Shown: positions 23,929-36,900 of the stretch, one piece after another
Layout: each line of letters opens with the position of its first letter
Numbering within the stretch: position 1 is the first letter of the stretch
Source: Phoronis australis
Lineage: Eukaryota; Animalia; Phoronida
Assembly (NCBI GenBank): GCA_002633005.1
Contig: NMRA01000084.1
Location: 482,320 to 546,319, forward strand
Reading direction: 5' to 3'
Length of the DNA: 64,000 nucleotides
Notes under the pieces: generated by a model
What the model saw: the letters and a program-made list of their open reading frames with translations, nothing else
What the model was told of the DNA's origin: nothing
The model's database searches: none
Program-made: the position numbers and the translations under genes

Positions 23929-26900
23929 GGTTAAATCTGAACTGGCCAGCATTGTTGTTTCTGGTTTAAATTAGTGAGCCACTTCAGAGGAAAATTTTCG
24001 GAATCTTTTAATTTTTCTTGTCCCAGCCAATGTTTCCAACGCTAACATAATATTTCGGAAAATAGGTTTTTCCAAATGCTATCTAGTAGATCAACTACCT
24101 ATTATCACATTTACATCACAAAAATGATCCATTGTATTCTCTGCATAACCATACATCGGTTTATATCATTCTCATGTTTTTACCTTACATTTACTCGTCA
24201 TGGTAGCCCTATTTACGACACATATTTTCTGCAATAAATCAACAACTTGCAGAAATGGTTTTGGCAACAGCATTACAAGACCTTTTCCTTGATATTTATG
24301 AATCCGTATTTATAACTAAAAGCAATCTATAAGGGGATGCGTTGATTTACAACATACATGTACACACCCACTTTATTCTCCATGTTTAACATTCCCAGAG
24401 CATTCTTTAGAACTTAAGAGTTACTTTCCATAACTAATTAAAACACGACTTCCAGTTACCGTCAAGCTTACGTAATAGGAACGCACACTTGTTTTGAAGT
24501 AATAGGCTGAAACGTCCAAAAACGCTTAAGTGCTACCGTCTCTCTTCATTATAGTTTAAGTTATTTTTTAATACAAATGCAAACATTTATCATCTCAAAA
24601 TTCTGATAAGCAAAATAGACAGAGCCACTAATAATATTGCACAGACGCACTCCATACATGTATACTCGTGCAACTTGTTCAAATACGTATTTTCTCAAAG
24701 CAGCCCCGTTAGCGGATTCCTTGACGCTGTCAATCTTAACTCGATACCTTTTTCGAAGGAACACCTCCTTCTAAAGATCGGAAGTCTTGATCACGTACCG
24801 CAAAGCAAGGTTCTCGCGAGAGCAGGGCATCTTCGCAACATGTATTGTAAGAGTAGCACGTGAATGGTCACTTTAGATTCATTCGCGAGTGCCTCGTGTC
24901 GCGGAACGACTTCGTGGCATGGTTTCTGTGTAATAATAACTTGAGATATGTCATGTCCAAAAGAAACAGAGTGGGTGTATAATGCCTGGCTTCAGCAATA
25001 AAAGTAATGTCGCATAGCATTGAGAAATCTGTGTTGTAACAACACATTCTCGCTTTGTAGACAACCCATTTATCCGTTTTTATGACGTAACTTTACTTGG
25101 AAAAAACAGACGGTTCCTATCACAAATCAGCCTCAGCTCTCATTGCTCACGGAGCTATTTCCCACTTGATCAAGATTTCAACAAATTTTGTGCAAAAAAC
25201 GGCGAAAATCCGCGATTTCCAATACAAACTTCAAAACACAAGGAGCTTTGTTTTTTATAGCTCTGGTAAAAGTTAATAATTTCAAGAGGTCTATCCTAAC
25301 CAAAATTAATCCCAAAAATACCTTTTCGGCCGTAAAACCGGTAATGATCCCTTAATTCAGTCTGCTGGTTTGCACGATGCATATGCCGCTGAAGTCTCAC
25401 CAAAAGGGACAATATAAAGTTCTCGTGTACAATATAATACCCCATAAAATTTCTGGTCAAAGGCTTGGAAAGAGACTTTAGTTCCTTTCAAGTTGATAAT
25501 GTTGCAATTACAAGACCACATTAGAACACGATGTTATGTGTAAATCTCGTTATAAAACAAACAAGACGTCCAAATGTTTTCGTTCACAACACTAAACACT
25601 TAGAACTTGAATGTCTCACTTTAGGTAATGCGGGCAACCTGCCGAGAAATAAGAATTGTTTTGGGAGTAGTTTACGTCTTGTAGCAATGGCTGATCCGCG
25701 CGAGACGTCGCAACTAGAGCAAAACAACTAAGTTCGTATGTACAATGACTTAACTATGACCCAACTAAAACATCAAACATGCAAAACTAAGAATGAGGTC
25801 CGTGTTAACGATTTTTTGGCATTTCGAATTCAACTGATTGACTTTTACGGCATCTTCTGAGACGCTGTTTCATTCAAAGAGATTGCACAGTAAAATTTTA
25901 AGGCACCGTGACGTAAAAACGCTTTGACATAGTTAAGCAAATAATCGCGTCACTAGCTGGTAGGTAAATATTCGTTTAAAGCCTGGTTTGTGGAACTGAC
26001 CAACATTTGATATGTTGTCAATGGGTCTGTTGAAATTGGACTGGACGAACTGACATAATTGATACTGTTTGTGATTTTAAAAACAAAATTCTTGGAAAGA
26101 AGGATCGATCACTTGTTTTTCGTCCAAAATCTTACGATGGCTGCCTAAGCGACAATGTGTACGAGGTTACCTCGTGTGGTATACACGTAACCTTAAATGT
26201 GGGATGAGATGGTATTCTTTTTGAATTCCTTGTTGTGTAAGAATAGAGCAACAAAAGAACCCCATGCAAACAGCACCTTTAAGAACACTATTATACCATG
26301 TGACTATGTTTCCCTTACAATACCATAGATTACCGAACAGCCAACGGACATATAATCTAACAACTTTCGATGAATAGCCGACAACAACAAGCGAAGTGCA
26401 AATCATGTTCAGTGATCGGTGGCATTGTACCCAGAGCATGAGTGACGACTGGGTGCATTCGTATCACTATGTTTCGCCAGCGTCGATTGAAACGTCGACT
26501 GTGTTCTTAGTGCAAACGCCAGGATGCTGCGTCGTTGGTGACGCAAAAAGCTGAGAGTTTTATGTCTTCATTATTTCAGACAGTCATTAATAGTGAAGCG
26601 ATTGTGTTTATTTTTAAAACGTGTTAATTAAAATAATATTTTTCGGATTAGCCGTTTTAAGCCTACATGTTAAGGATTACTCGATTCAGGTGTTGTGATT
26701 GAAATTGCGCTAAAAACGTAATGTTGGTAATTACAATAGTAATTCATCGGGAACAACCTTACGTGTAAACACTTCTATCTTTGATCCGGAATAATCAACG
26801 CAGTATGGACAAAAAGATGTTAAACTGGTTTGTAACTGTGCGCAAGCAGTTTTTTGTCGACAAAATAGATATTTCGCCAAATGCCTTTGCAACTTTATCT

Positions 26901-27007
26901 CCTGCGATAACGAAAGTGCAGCACCCTATCAAGTACTCATTGAATTAAATCTAAAACCTTTGTGGTAAAATTAAAAGGGACAATCGACGCACAAAAAAGT
27001 TCATGTT

Positions 27008-27050
27008 CAATCAACGTTTCGTCTATTCATTAGACATCATCAGGACAATT
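27008..27050 (-). ncRNA. Minimal type-I hammerhead ribozyme motif (minus-strand copy, sense to Post2)
   Basis: Reverse complement reads GTC-CTGATGA-T-GTCTA(ATGAA)TAGAC-GAAAC-GTT-GAT. Confidence 0.65.
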
Positions 27051-27160
27051 ATTTACAAAGGACAATAAGTGCCAACATACAGCTCAGGTAACATCCATAA
27101 AGCGACTTGAGAGATATAGGTAATAGTAAGTAGCTGGTCATCACCAGTCCTCTGTAAATA

Positions 27161-27203
27161 ATTATCCTGATGATGTCTAATGAATAGACGAAACGTTGAT
27201 TAA
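27161..27203 (+). ncRNA. Minimal type-I hammerhead ribozyme motif (plus-strand copy)
   Basis: ATC-CTGATGA-T-GTCTA(ATGAA)TAGAC-GAAAC-GTT-GAT: both conserved core boxes, a perfect 5-bp stem II, a palindromic AACGTT stem III and a short ATC/GAT stem I. Confidence 0.65.
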
Positions 27204-30200
27204 ACATGAACTTGTTTATTTGCGCGCGATCGTCCGTTTTTTAATTTTACTATGGCCAAAATCTGATTTAATTTTGTGGTAAAGTATAATTAACACCAGT
27301 CCCTCTGGCCTTCCCCTCGTCCATTTCTTACTAGACACGGGCTGTTAACGTCAGACACAGTAAACACACATTTAAACCTTTCCTTTTTGTGAAGTACTAT
27401 TTGAAGCCGTACATTGATAATAGATTTTGAATGAAATCATTAAAACAAGCTTAAACAGTGAACAGTTTATTAAACAATCTTAGTAACGAAGCAAAACATG
27501 TTTATTTCTTCCATATCATTTATCTACTAAATCTTTTTAATAGAGTTGTAAAAGCCGGACAAACTTATTCGGGATGCCAACGGTTTAAACGCCATCAGTC
27601 TCCCTCGTTTGTTTGACACACCACAGATAGCGTGATGAAATCGTAACGTAGATTTTAGATCTTATCATAGAATCTGGCCAGCAAAACTAATTTGAATAGC
27701 CTCGATGCACGTGTTAATAAATGTTACGATATACATGATGCACTACAAAAGCTTCAAAAATAGACTCAATAATAACTATTACTCCAGCAAACTATGTCGT
27801 TTGAATTTAAACAATGGTAAAAATTAAAAGAAATTGCTTGTTTTCTGTTCATTTTATAGATAATAATTTGTTGTTAGTTGACGTATAATTAAATGATGGA
27901 GGCTAATTAAACTTCTAGATCTTGCAACAGTGTTGGACTGACATCACAGTGACCTCAGTTTCCGTGTCAAAATTTGTAGTCGCCGTGTAGAATTTCGTTT
28001 TTAAGACGTGGAGAAAATTGAAAGGAGCAAAAAATGTCCACAAGTCATTATTTCTCCTTGACAGTGCTCGGGTCACTGGTACGGTCGTCATAGAAACCAC
28101 TATGTGTGGAATCAACCAACCGGGTTGTCATAAATCTTCTTGATATATTTTGCAACGCTCCAATCGTCAGTTGGAGTTCAAAAGGTTCAGAAATACCCCC
28201 AATGGATTAAATCCACTGAAAATTTATTTTCTCATGACAAATGTTTTGGAATAATAAATGAGAACTTTCAAGTTCAAAAGATTGAAATTTCATTATTGGT
28301 AAATTTTACCAAATTGCCAAGGGCAATCATAATGCCTTAATTAAAACACCAAGTGTGATCACTCTATAAAAATAATCCCATAATTAAAATTAAACACGCA
28401 GTATTTGTAGCGTATTGAGGAATGTTTTCTGATTAATTAATTTTCTTTATACATGTGCAAGATGACATTTGGTAGGAAACATCTAACGGACAGTATTTAC
28501 TAATAAAAAATAACAGTTAGAAATGTAAGCTCATATATATTTTGTAAAATTCAAAACATTAAACCAGACAAAATAGTAATGATAATAATCATGATAAATT
28601 AATAAATACCGTATAAGTGCCCTGTGTTGTATGTATTTCTAAAACTTCTACAAGGAGTCTGAGGGTATTTAAAACGAATTAAAATCTCTGACAGTGGCAC
28701 GAAGCTTACAAGTTTGCGCATAGCCGTAAAATGCACCGAGAAAATATAAAAAATCTGTGCAATACCAATTCATGAAATATGCAAAAGCCTAGTAAAGTGT
28801 GTCTAGTGTGCGAAGAATTCCCATTCTCCTTACTAGCACTCGTTTATTTTACCTGCCAAATATATTTGCATAAATTCGACGTAAAATAAAAGAGTGCCAA
28901 ATGTCTAACACGGCATTCTAAACATTTACAATAGAATAGTTTTTGTTAAATAAGTCCGAAAAAATTCAAGGAAAGCATCCGTTGAAAATCCGATTATCAA
29001 TTTAATACTCAGTTCACGGTTAAATTGCTGTTACAAAGTGAACGTGTAATTTGATAGCGCGAATTCAGTTTTAATGCACCAGTTTTTTGTGTCGTTTGTA
29101 AGTTAATTGAACAATATGTAAAATATTAACTTGGTGAAATCAACGTCCTCATGTCTTCGGGTACAGCTTCAGCAAAAGTCTGCATCAAATATCTAGAAAA
29201 TATCCAGTTAAAGTGTAAAAGGGCGCCTGGCTCACTATTTAGAATATTACTATACATTTCACGAAGCATGTCGTTATAGGTCGAGACGCGAACCACGGTG
29301 ACCCGCGCCTTTATAGGCATTAACCAATATTGCTAGGTAAGTTTTGCCGGTACTTTGTCGATATGGTCGGTGACTCCTTTGATGTTACCGTTTATGCTGC
29401 ATAACCAGAGCTATTATGGCGGAGAGGTTTAATGAAACGGCTCACATCTCTATCTGCTTATGCCGACTGCATTTTAATTGCAAAAATGAGAGAAACCCAC
29501 GGCATTATTTTAATTCGGGAATTAACACGGTTTTCTAAAGGGATAAATTTAAGCTTTTTATTTTTCCTTTAGCTACTACGAGGAGTGTGGAGTTAAAATT
29601 TATAGCGTCGTTACACACGATTGTATGTCACTTACACCCACTTTACAGTTTCTGGGATGCTCGATTTATTTCCATCATTGCTAATTAATACAATTACTCT
29701 CTAAAGCCGTCTACTTCATTATCATCCCATAATCCTTTGCGTCTGCTTCAGTGACAATAAGCAACGAATTGCTCACTTGCGTTTTGATTGATCTGTCATG
29801 GTTTTTGTTAAGTTTTAGTATAATTAACTGCCAATAACCACATATTCTTCCTTGACACAGGTTTCTCCGTGAATTATTCAATGAGATTCTAATAATTGAA
29901 TACTGAGCGTTAGCGCGCGTTGCAGAAAAAAAAACATTCGTTTTGATATACTACACATAATCTGAATATCTTAATCACAAGGTTTGTCTTCATCACTCAC
30001 AAGGCATCTGATGGTGCCAATTGGAAGTCATATTTTTATTCGCACTACGTGATGACAATCAATTGTACCAAGCATTGGCAGCAATGAGCATACACTGCAC
30101 TTATGCGCAACAACTGAGTTGCATTTGCGAACCATAGCGTGAGAACGTGTATCAGACAACCCAGACATCCCTACAAACACTATTAGTAAACAGAATACTG

Positions 30201-30571
30201 ACAATGGTAGCAGTCACTACAAGTATGTTAGGAAAATGACAGTCGTTGAGTTGTTGGAGCTGATATCAGTCATATTAATATTGTTATAATTATTAATATT
30301 ATTACCATCATTTTATTATTACCATTATTTCTATCATTTCAATTACTATTGATGTATCAGTATATCTGGGACGAACACCTAGGACAGGGGTACTGGGTCC
30401 CTCTGAAGACGTCGCGATGTTAAACTTTAAATGCTTTATTGAAATTTCAAGTTATGAAGTGTCCTTGAAGTGAAACCTTTGACATGTCTTAAAAAATAAA
30501 AACAGCAAGTCATTATATAGATAATGCCCGGTGTTTCCCTTATTTTTCGATATTCTACAAGAACAATTTAC

Positions 30572-31010
30572 CTTGAGGCGTTAACTGGTTTGCAAGTTGT
30601 GTGTTTTCCATATGCGTCTGTGCTAGAGATGCTCCGAAATCTGAATAAAACCCGTTACTCATGCTTGCGGGATGACCTCCTTGGTAGACATCTCCATAAA
30701 ACGGAAAGTTTCTGGCGGCTGGGTAAGGATTCATAGCCGCATTAAGCTGGCAACTGGGTAGAAAGTCTGCGGCGGCACTGCCGCCAAAAGCTGCCATACA
30801 CGAAGGCTTATGAGTGTTCAGAGTGGGCGCCATAGATCTGTACGGCGTGAACGAACAAGGATCCCCGTGGTCCGGATAAGTCCATGAAACATGGTTCTGT
30901 CGGCGATCCTGGACGTGTGCCGGTGCGGGGAGGATTCCGGAGACAGCAGCAGGATATGCCTGAATGGGGGAGCGCGTGGCACACTCCATTGTAGACATCT
31001 GCAATGACAT
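30572..31010 (-). CDS. Post2: Post2 posterior Hox gene, coding exon 1
   Basis: First in-frame ATG at 31010 (MSLQMSTMECATRSP...DPCSFTPYRSM...DFLPSCQL...RNFPFYGDVYQ) resembles Post2 N-termini as I recall them. Donor CAAG|GTAAAT after 30572 is phase 1 and matches the phase-1 acceptor of the homeobox exon. The start could instead be a later Met (e.g. 30989). Confidence 0.85.
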
Positions 31011-31170
31011 TTGGCCTTCAGAATGACAGAAACAGCAGGGAAATACGAGGCCAGGTAGAGGCGAGCATGCGTGGTGCAAATCAAGTCATTCAAAATTATG
31101 AAAACCACGGGTCACCAAGTCACTATGAGCGGAACTCACTTGACAGACATCAGTTAGGATACGTAATCGG

Positions 31171-31176
31171 TTTATA
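31171..31176 (-). promoter_or_regulatory. Candidate TATA box of Post2
   Basis: GCTATAAAC on the minus strand about 165 bp upstream of the ATG, with Inr-like TCAAGT about 30 nt downstream (~31143). Confidence 0.45.
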
Positions 31177-33749
31177 GCTATGGTTTTAATGCTTTACCTC
31201 ACAAGTAGTCCGCACAGAGAGCGGTCGTATAAAGGAACAATCGTAAGGAACATTTATTCTAGCCAAATTGCCTCTTTAGATTTTAATATCCTATATTATG
31301 ATGGGCTATTGCACAGATGAACGCCATACTTGTAAATATTTGATAAGGAGGTCACTGATCTGTGGAGAATGATGAATGAAGAGAACAATCGTTTTATTTT
31401 CCATAACTGGTTTAAGCAACAAATCCACGGAGAGGTACAATCGTCGCTTCACACTGACATGACAGGTCGAGACAAAATAACTGGCAAATTACTACGCTTA
31501 GAATTAAGATATTACTCACCAAACCACGAATTTACTGCTAATAGTGAGTAACGGTGTACGTTATCACTCCCAACGAAATCTCTGGAGATGAGTTTACAGG
31601 CAGTATTGTCGACAAAACAAACTTTCATGGGAATGTATGCTTGTGCCCTTTTCCGTCGCACTACTTTCCCTCCATTATACAAATAATTATATGACGCACG
31701 TCAACCAATCAGAGAGTCGCGAGGCAAGATCAAAGACTTCACCGACACCACGGGCTTTCCTCACTAACTTCGACTTGTCGGGAGATTTATGACAAATAAT
31801 TACACTACATACCAACATTGTTACGTAAGGTGTATGGAAGATTTTGGCGTCTAAGTTTTCGTAAAAAGAAGAGATTCGGTAACTGGACTGCCCTTCACGA
31901 AGAGATCATGAATGACATTTCCCAGTGTTTGCAAATTGTCGGTGACATCAAAGAAAAGAGCACTCAAGCATTGTAAAAAATCTTTATACGAGTCTCAAAA
32001 ATTAACCAATTGTAAAAATGGCGCCGGACCGGCAAACGGCTGCCGGTCTTGTTCCGTTGAGAAAAATTCGAATGAAAATTGTGCGAGTCTACTGGGCTTG
32101 TCAGCACAGACGTACTCTCATTAGACATTATTGGCCGAATGAGTAATTACCATTCGGCTTGTTCGGCACGTGAATTGGCTCAATGGAGTAACTGGTCTCG
32201 GATACGAAATTAGATGGTATATCGGGTTCATAATTGCCGTCTCTATTCAAATTTCAGGTACTTTGATGCTCGCAGGCAAACTATTCGTGTGTTTAAATGT
32301 TTGTCGCTATTCTTTGCTGCATTTTACGTAGACTGGCGACACACTGGCTTTATATTTTCCTCGTAGATTAGATGCCGTGTAACGTTTGAGTTGGGGCTGT
32401 GAATTTTATTGAAACATAACTGTCAACTATATTTGGACTAAATGTTCTCAGAATTGTTTTTACGTTGTTCTTTCTGAATGCTTTGATTTCCGTAGATTGA
32501 AGATGTTTTCTTTTCGTCTTCCATTTTGAAATGCTCATAAATACACTGAGGCAATTTTCTGGTGTTAATTTTTTATAGGAGTGAAGTTGTTTTATTTGAA
32601 CATACTCAATGGTTATGAAAAGTGTTTTATTTATATTTCCCAAGATTCCGCCAGCGGTGTGAGACAAACTAGAGCACATTGCCAGCACACAGGGAAACGC
32701 ATAGCATGCTGCAGTTCAGAACAGCCATCAACCGTATGGAACACATTCAAATGCACATATAGTTTTCTTTTAAATGACATAAACATGTCTTTTAAGTTCT
32801 AGCCGAGAATTTCACAGGAGGATTCTCCATTGTTGACCTTAAGTTTCGGGATATGTTTTATTAGGTATGTTTCGTAAAACCTCGTACAAGCCCGTATTAA
32901 CGTGACCATCCTGTCGACATCCCCGGCTATGTTTTGACGAGTTTTTACACTAATCTGTATGAAAAAATAAACAATAAGAACTTTTGTTAAATGTGTCTGT
33001 AGAACATCTGCTTGTTACGAATCAAATAAATAAATAAAATAAAATGACCAACAGAACGAATTTAACTCAATGAAATCTTCACAATTTGAATAAAAACGAC
33101 GCTTCGAGTTCATGTTTTGACTTGGCATGTGCGATTTTAGTATAATATTTTTGTAATTATTTCCAAACAAACGTTTTAAGCACGCATTAATACATCTGTC
33201 AATATTTTGTAATGTCTTTGATATTTTTCTTATAATGACTGTGCTTGTATCAAACAAAAACAATAACCGTGCCTCGTCTCTAACTTCTCAAATCGATGAG
33301 TTGTGTTGTGCCCTGCATTTCTCCACGTATATTTCGTAAACCTTCACGTTTCTATAGACGTAGTCATAACTAGCGCGCATTAATTTCATTGTAAAACTCG
33401 CTGTTTCAATATTTTTAACAGCAGCATTTGTATTAGTACGAAATAATTGTGTTGGTAGTATGCTGTAGACACATAATGTCCCATACACACGTATATATAC
33501 TGCTTGGAAAGAATCCGCCTAATTTTTATTTCAGATGTTTTAACGGATAGTCATTGGCTGAGTCAGAGACGGTCATTTCACCTAGCAGTAACATTTTACA
33601 TAGACAAACTACAAAGAGCAACACAGAAAACCATTTCTGTGCTGGGAGTGAAAATGTAGTGCGTAGAGCTATTTTTGATAACTGAACTGAAATACATTGA
33701 AACTTAGATGTGATAATAAATTATCCGGATCTTGTACAACAAAATGGTA

Positions 33750-33945
33750 TCAATAATAAAAATTATAACAATAATGTTAATAACATTGATAGTAATAATG
33801 CTGATATTAACAATAACAATAATAATAATAATAACAAATAACAGCAATAATATTGATAACAACAACGACAAAAATAAAAATATAATATAACAATAGCAAT
33901 TATAACAATAATGATAATAATAATAATAATAACTAATGTAACAAT
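33750..33945. repeat. Degenerate (AAT/AAC)n low-complexity tract
   Basis: Direct read. Confidence 0.9.
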
Positions 33946-36900
33946 AGAATTGGTGATTTAGTAAATTACTAAATTCAATATTTGCTGAATGCAAATAAAT
34001 CTTGCAATAAGGATGCAAACATACACGACCCTTCCATAATTGTGATTTACTGCGTATATGTGCTTAAAATGTCCAACCTCCTTTGTTCATAGCCAGGATG
34101 TTAAAAAGAAGACAGATTAGCTTCTTGCTTCCAACAATAAGTCAAATTCACTGTCACTATTTTTATCATCACTAAGTTAAGTCGTGTTTTTGCGTCATAT
34201 CTTAACAAGTGACATTTTCGTCACCCGTAAATAACTGAAATTGGGATTAAACAAATTTCGATGAGGTTTAAAGGGATTTTATGAGCGAGAAATTAACTGG
34301 AAAAATCACCGGCCTTGCTTTCAGCGATTATCTAAGAGACAACAGTGAGAATGGATGATTTGAGATAAAATCTCAAAAAACGCAAAGGATTTTGTTGTTT
34401 TGTAGTCCTTCTCAAAAGTAACAATTTCAAGAAGTTTATCCATCAAACAATAATGCGTTTTTCGGCCGTAAAACCGATAATTTCCCTTGAACAGCACTTA
34501 TCAAATTCAACTGAATAAAATCAAGTGCAGATTAATTATTAATCCCAATTAGTTGACATTAAAGTTACGTAAACGTATCCAGTGCACTTGTTTGACCTAT
34601 CTTTAATTACGAATTAGTCGGTTCATTTTGAACCTGGGCTAAAGTTAATTTGAGGAAGGTTTGAATTAGCAGCATCACTGTAGGGATGGTGTGGAATACA
34701 GCTTTGGCAAAGTACTGCCAAATAACGTTTGTGTTTCGTAGATAATGTTGGGTTTACGTATGAGAATAAGGCAAATATCAAAGAACATCCTTTCTCTGAT
34801 TGGCTCAACTGAAGGTTGTAGTATTTAATGACTTTACACATGCTATTAAAACAGAGCATGCACACCCTGTTATCGTATACGACGTTCACTTTACAAGAGC
34901 AGTTAACGAAGCCAGCCTTTCTTTCCTCCGTTGCGCACATTTTAAGACTGAACTACTTTAGAAGCAAACGTGGAAAGGGCATTTGTCTGGTTGGTTTTAG
35001 GACGCAATTTTGCCGACTCCGGGAAGTTGGCGAGTTTTAGGATTGCGGCATTACACATAGGTAATTAATGGTTGCTCACGCCACATGTGTGTTTGTGTCC
35101 GCGTAGTATGGGAATAATCGCACGCGCGTGCAAATTGGAGATTCATTATTGTAGAGTTCAATAGAACTTAACGCACTAAATAATGTAAATGTCGAAGCCT
35201 ACTGTTTGAACACTGTTATTTTTATTTTTACTTTATTGTTCCGTTTTATCTATTTGATTTTAATGAAATCGAAACGTGACGTTGCGTCTGAACTTTATTT
35301 CATAGTGTTACTTTTCCTTTACATTTATATGCTGTATTTCGATATTGATAACTGACTTTTTATATTTCTTTTCTTAAATTTTATTTCAAGGGCATAGTTT
35401 ATTATAGTCCATGTAATTGTTCTTTAAAGTATACTTGTAAATTTAGATGGACAAAACTAAAGCTGAACACCGCCAAAGGGACGGACTACTTTCAACGAAA
35501 GACGTCTGCTTCAGGAATGCACTCCAACACCAGTTGTTGAAACGCGTAAAAACTGTCGTTTTCATAAAAGTCAAAAACGTTATGGACTATTGTAATGGAA
35601 GTGAAATTGGTTTATTTTCGTTTTATGGTTTCACTCATTCTTCACAAGTAATAAAAAGGAACAGCTAGTTCGAATGGTTTTCACTCAACGCTGCTCAGCC
35701 ATGAGGGAGAAATTGGCAGTATAAAAACTTTGAAGAATAATTATTATCTTGGCAATTTCTCGAATATTTTCCTCTCGAATACTTTGTAGTGTATGGGGTG
35801 TGCGGGAGAACATGCTTTGAGAGAGCTTAATATCTCATAAGCTAACAACATCCAAATTCAGTTTCCGTAACACACGCAGCTCATTAGCTTTTTGTTTAAT
35901 TATTGACATCACATGCCTTCTTAATTGCTTACGAACATAAGCAGACACAAAGGTTAGGAATCAGTAAATATAATATTTTTCACGTGATGTGCAGAAAGTT
36001 TGAGTTGATCGTTTTATTAATAGATATGGACGTTTTGGTTTCATTAAGCAAACAATTGCTTGGATTGAAATCGGTCCTATTTTATTTACTCTTCAACATT
36101 TCAAAAAGACATGTTTCCCAGAAATGTGTTTGGTTTAAGAGTACAGCAATTCTTAGGGCTATGCGCTGGGGTCACCTGTTGACAGACTTCAACATTAACT
36201 GTTCGCAAGAATACAAGGCCGCTCGTAGATGCAAGGCACTCGAGATTAAAAATATTGTGAGGTAACTTTGCTTGCAATGCCATATCTCGCGGAAACTTGC
36301 CTGATTTTGCTTTTACGCAAGTATCATGTGTCTAAGAAACGAAACCTGGGGAATTGCGTCGTATAAGGAGAATCAAAACGAAACGTCCTTTGACATTTCT
36401 AAGACATCCTCATTATGGGTGTGTGGATTTTCATACAGGACCTAATATTTCATTATATTTAGGACAGCCAACAAGAATGTCTGGCGCAGTACATTAAGGT
36501 GCTTTCACATTAGAGGAATTTCGATTTACTGAAGCAGAAACTTCGATTACCTTTCCCATTAGATAGCGATATCGGATTTATTGCTTTTAGGGGATTCGGT
36601 CATCGGAGAAAACTTCTAGACGACGCATTTCATTCGCACTCTCAAAGGAAAATTGAGTTGTGGGTTCGAGGCCAACTGAAAATTGTTCTCCCTCCATTTA
36701 CCAGTGTTTATGGAAATGATTACTGTCATTCTTCATGAGATGCATATTCTTTTGTTTATTTACGAATTGAAAAGTACCAACTTAATTTGACTGAATAACA
36801 GAGAAAACGTTTTGCGGGATATCTATTTCATTGAGTCTCGCGTGATCCCAAATCGTTGCCGCGGCTCTACCGGTTACGTCACCGCAGTTTCGGTGAGTAC

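Larger units (their letters stand above)
26965..27250. mobile_element. Inverted-repeat insertion (Penelope-like pLTR pair) carrying hammerhead ribozyme motifs
   Basis: Arms 26965-27063 and 27147-27250 are reverse complements around an ~83 nt spacer. TTTGTGGTAAA occurs at both 26959 and 27273 (possible target-site duplication). Confidence 0.7.

Noticed and set aside
33704-34018. Hydrophobic Ile/Tyr-rich ORF resembling a membrane protein
   Set aside because: Translation of the (AAT)n low-complexity tract.
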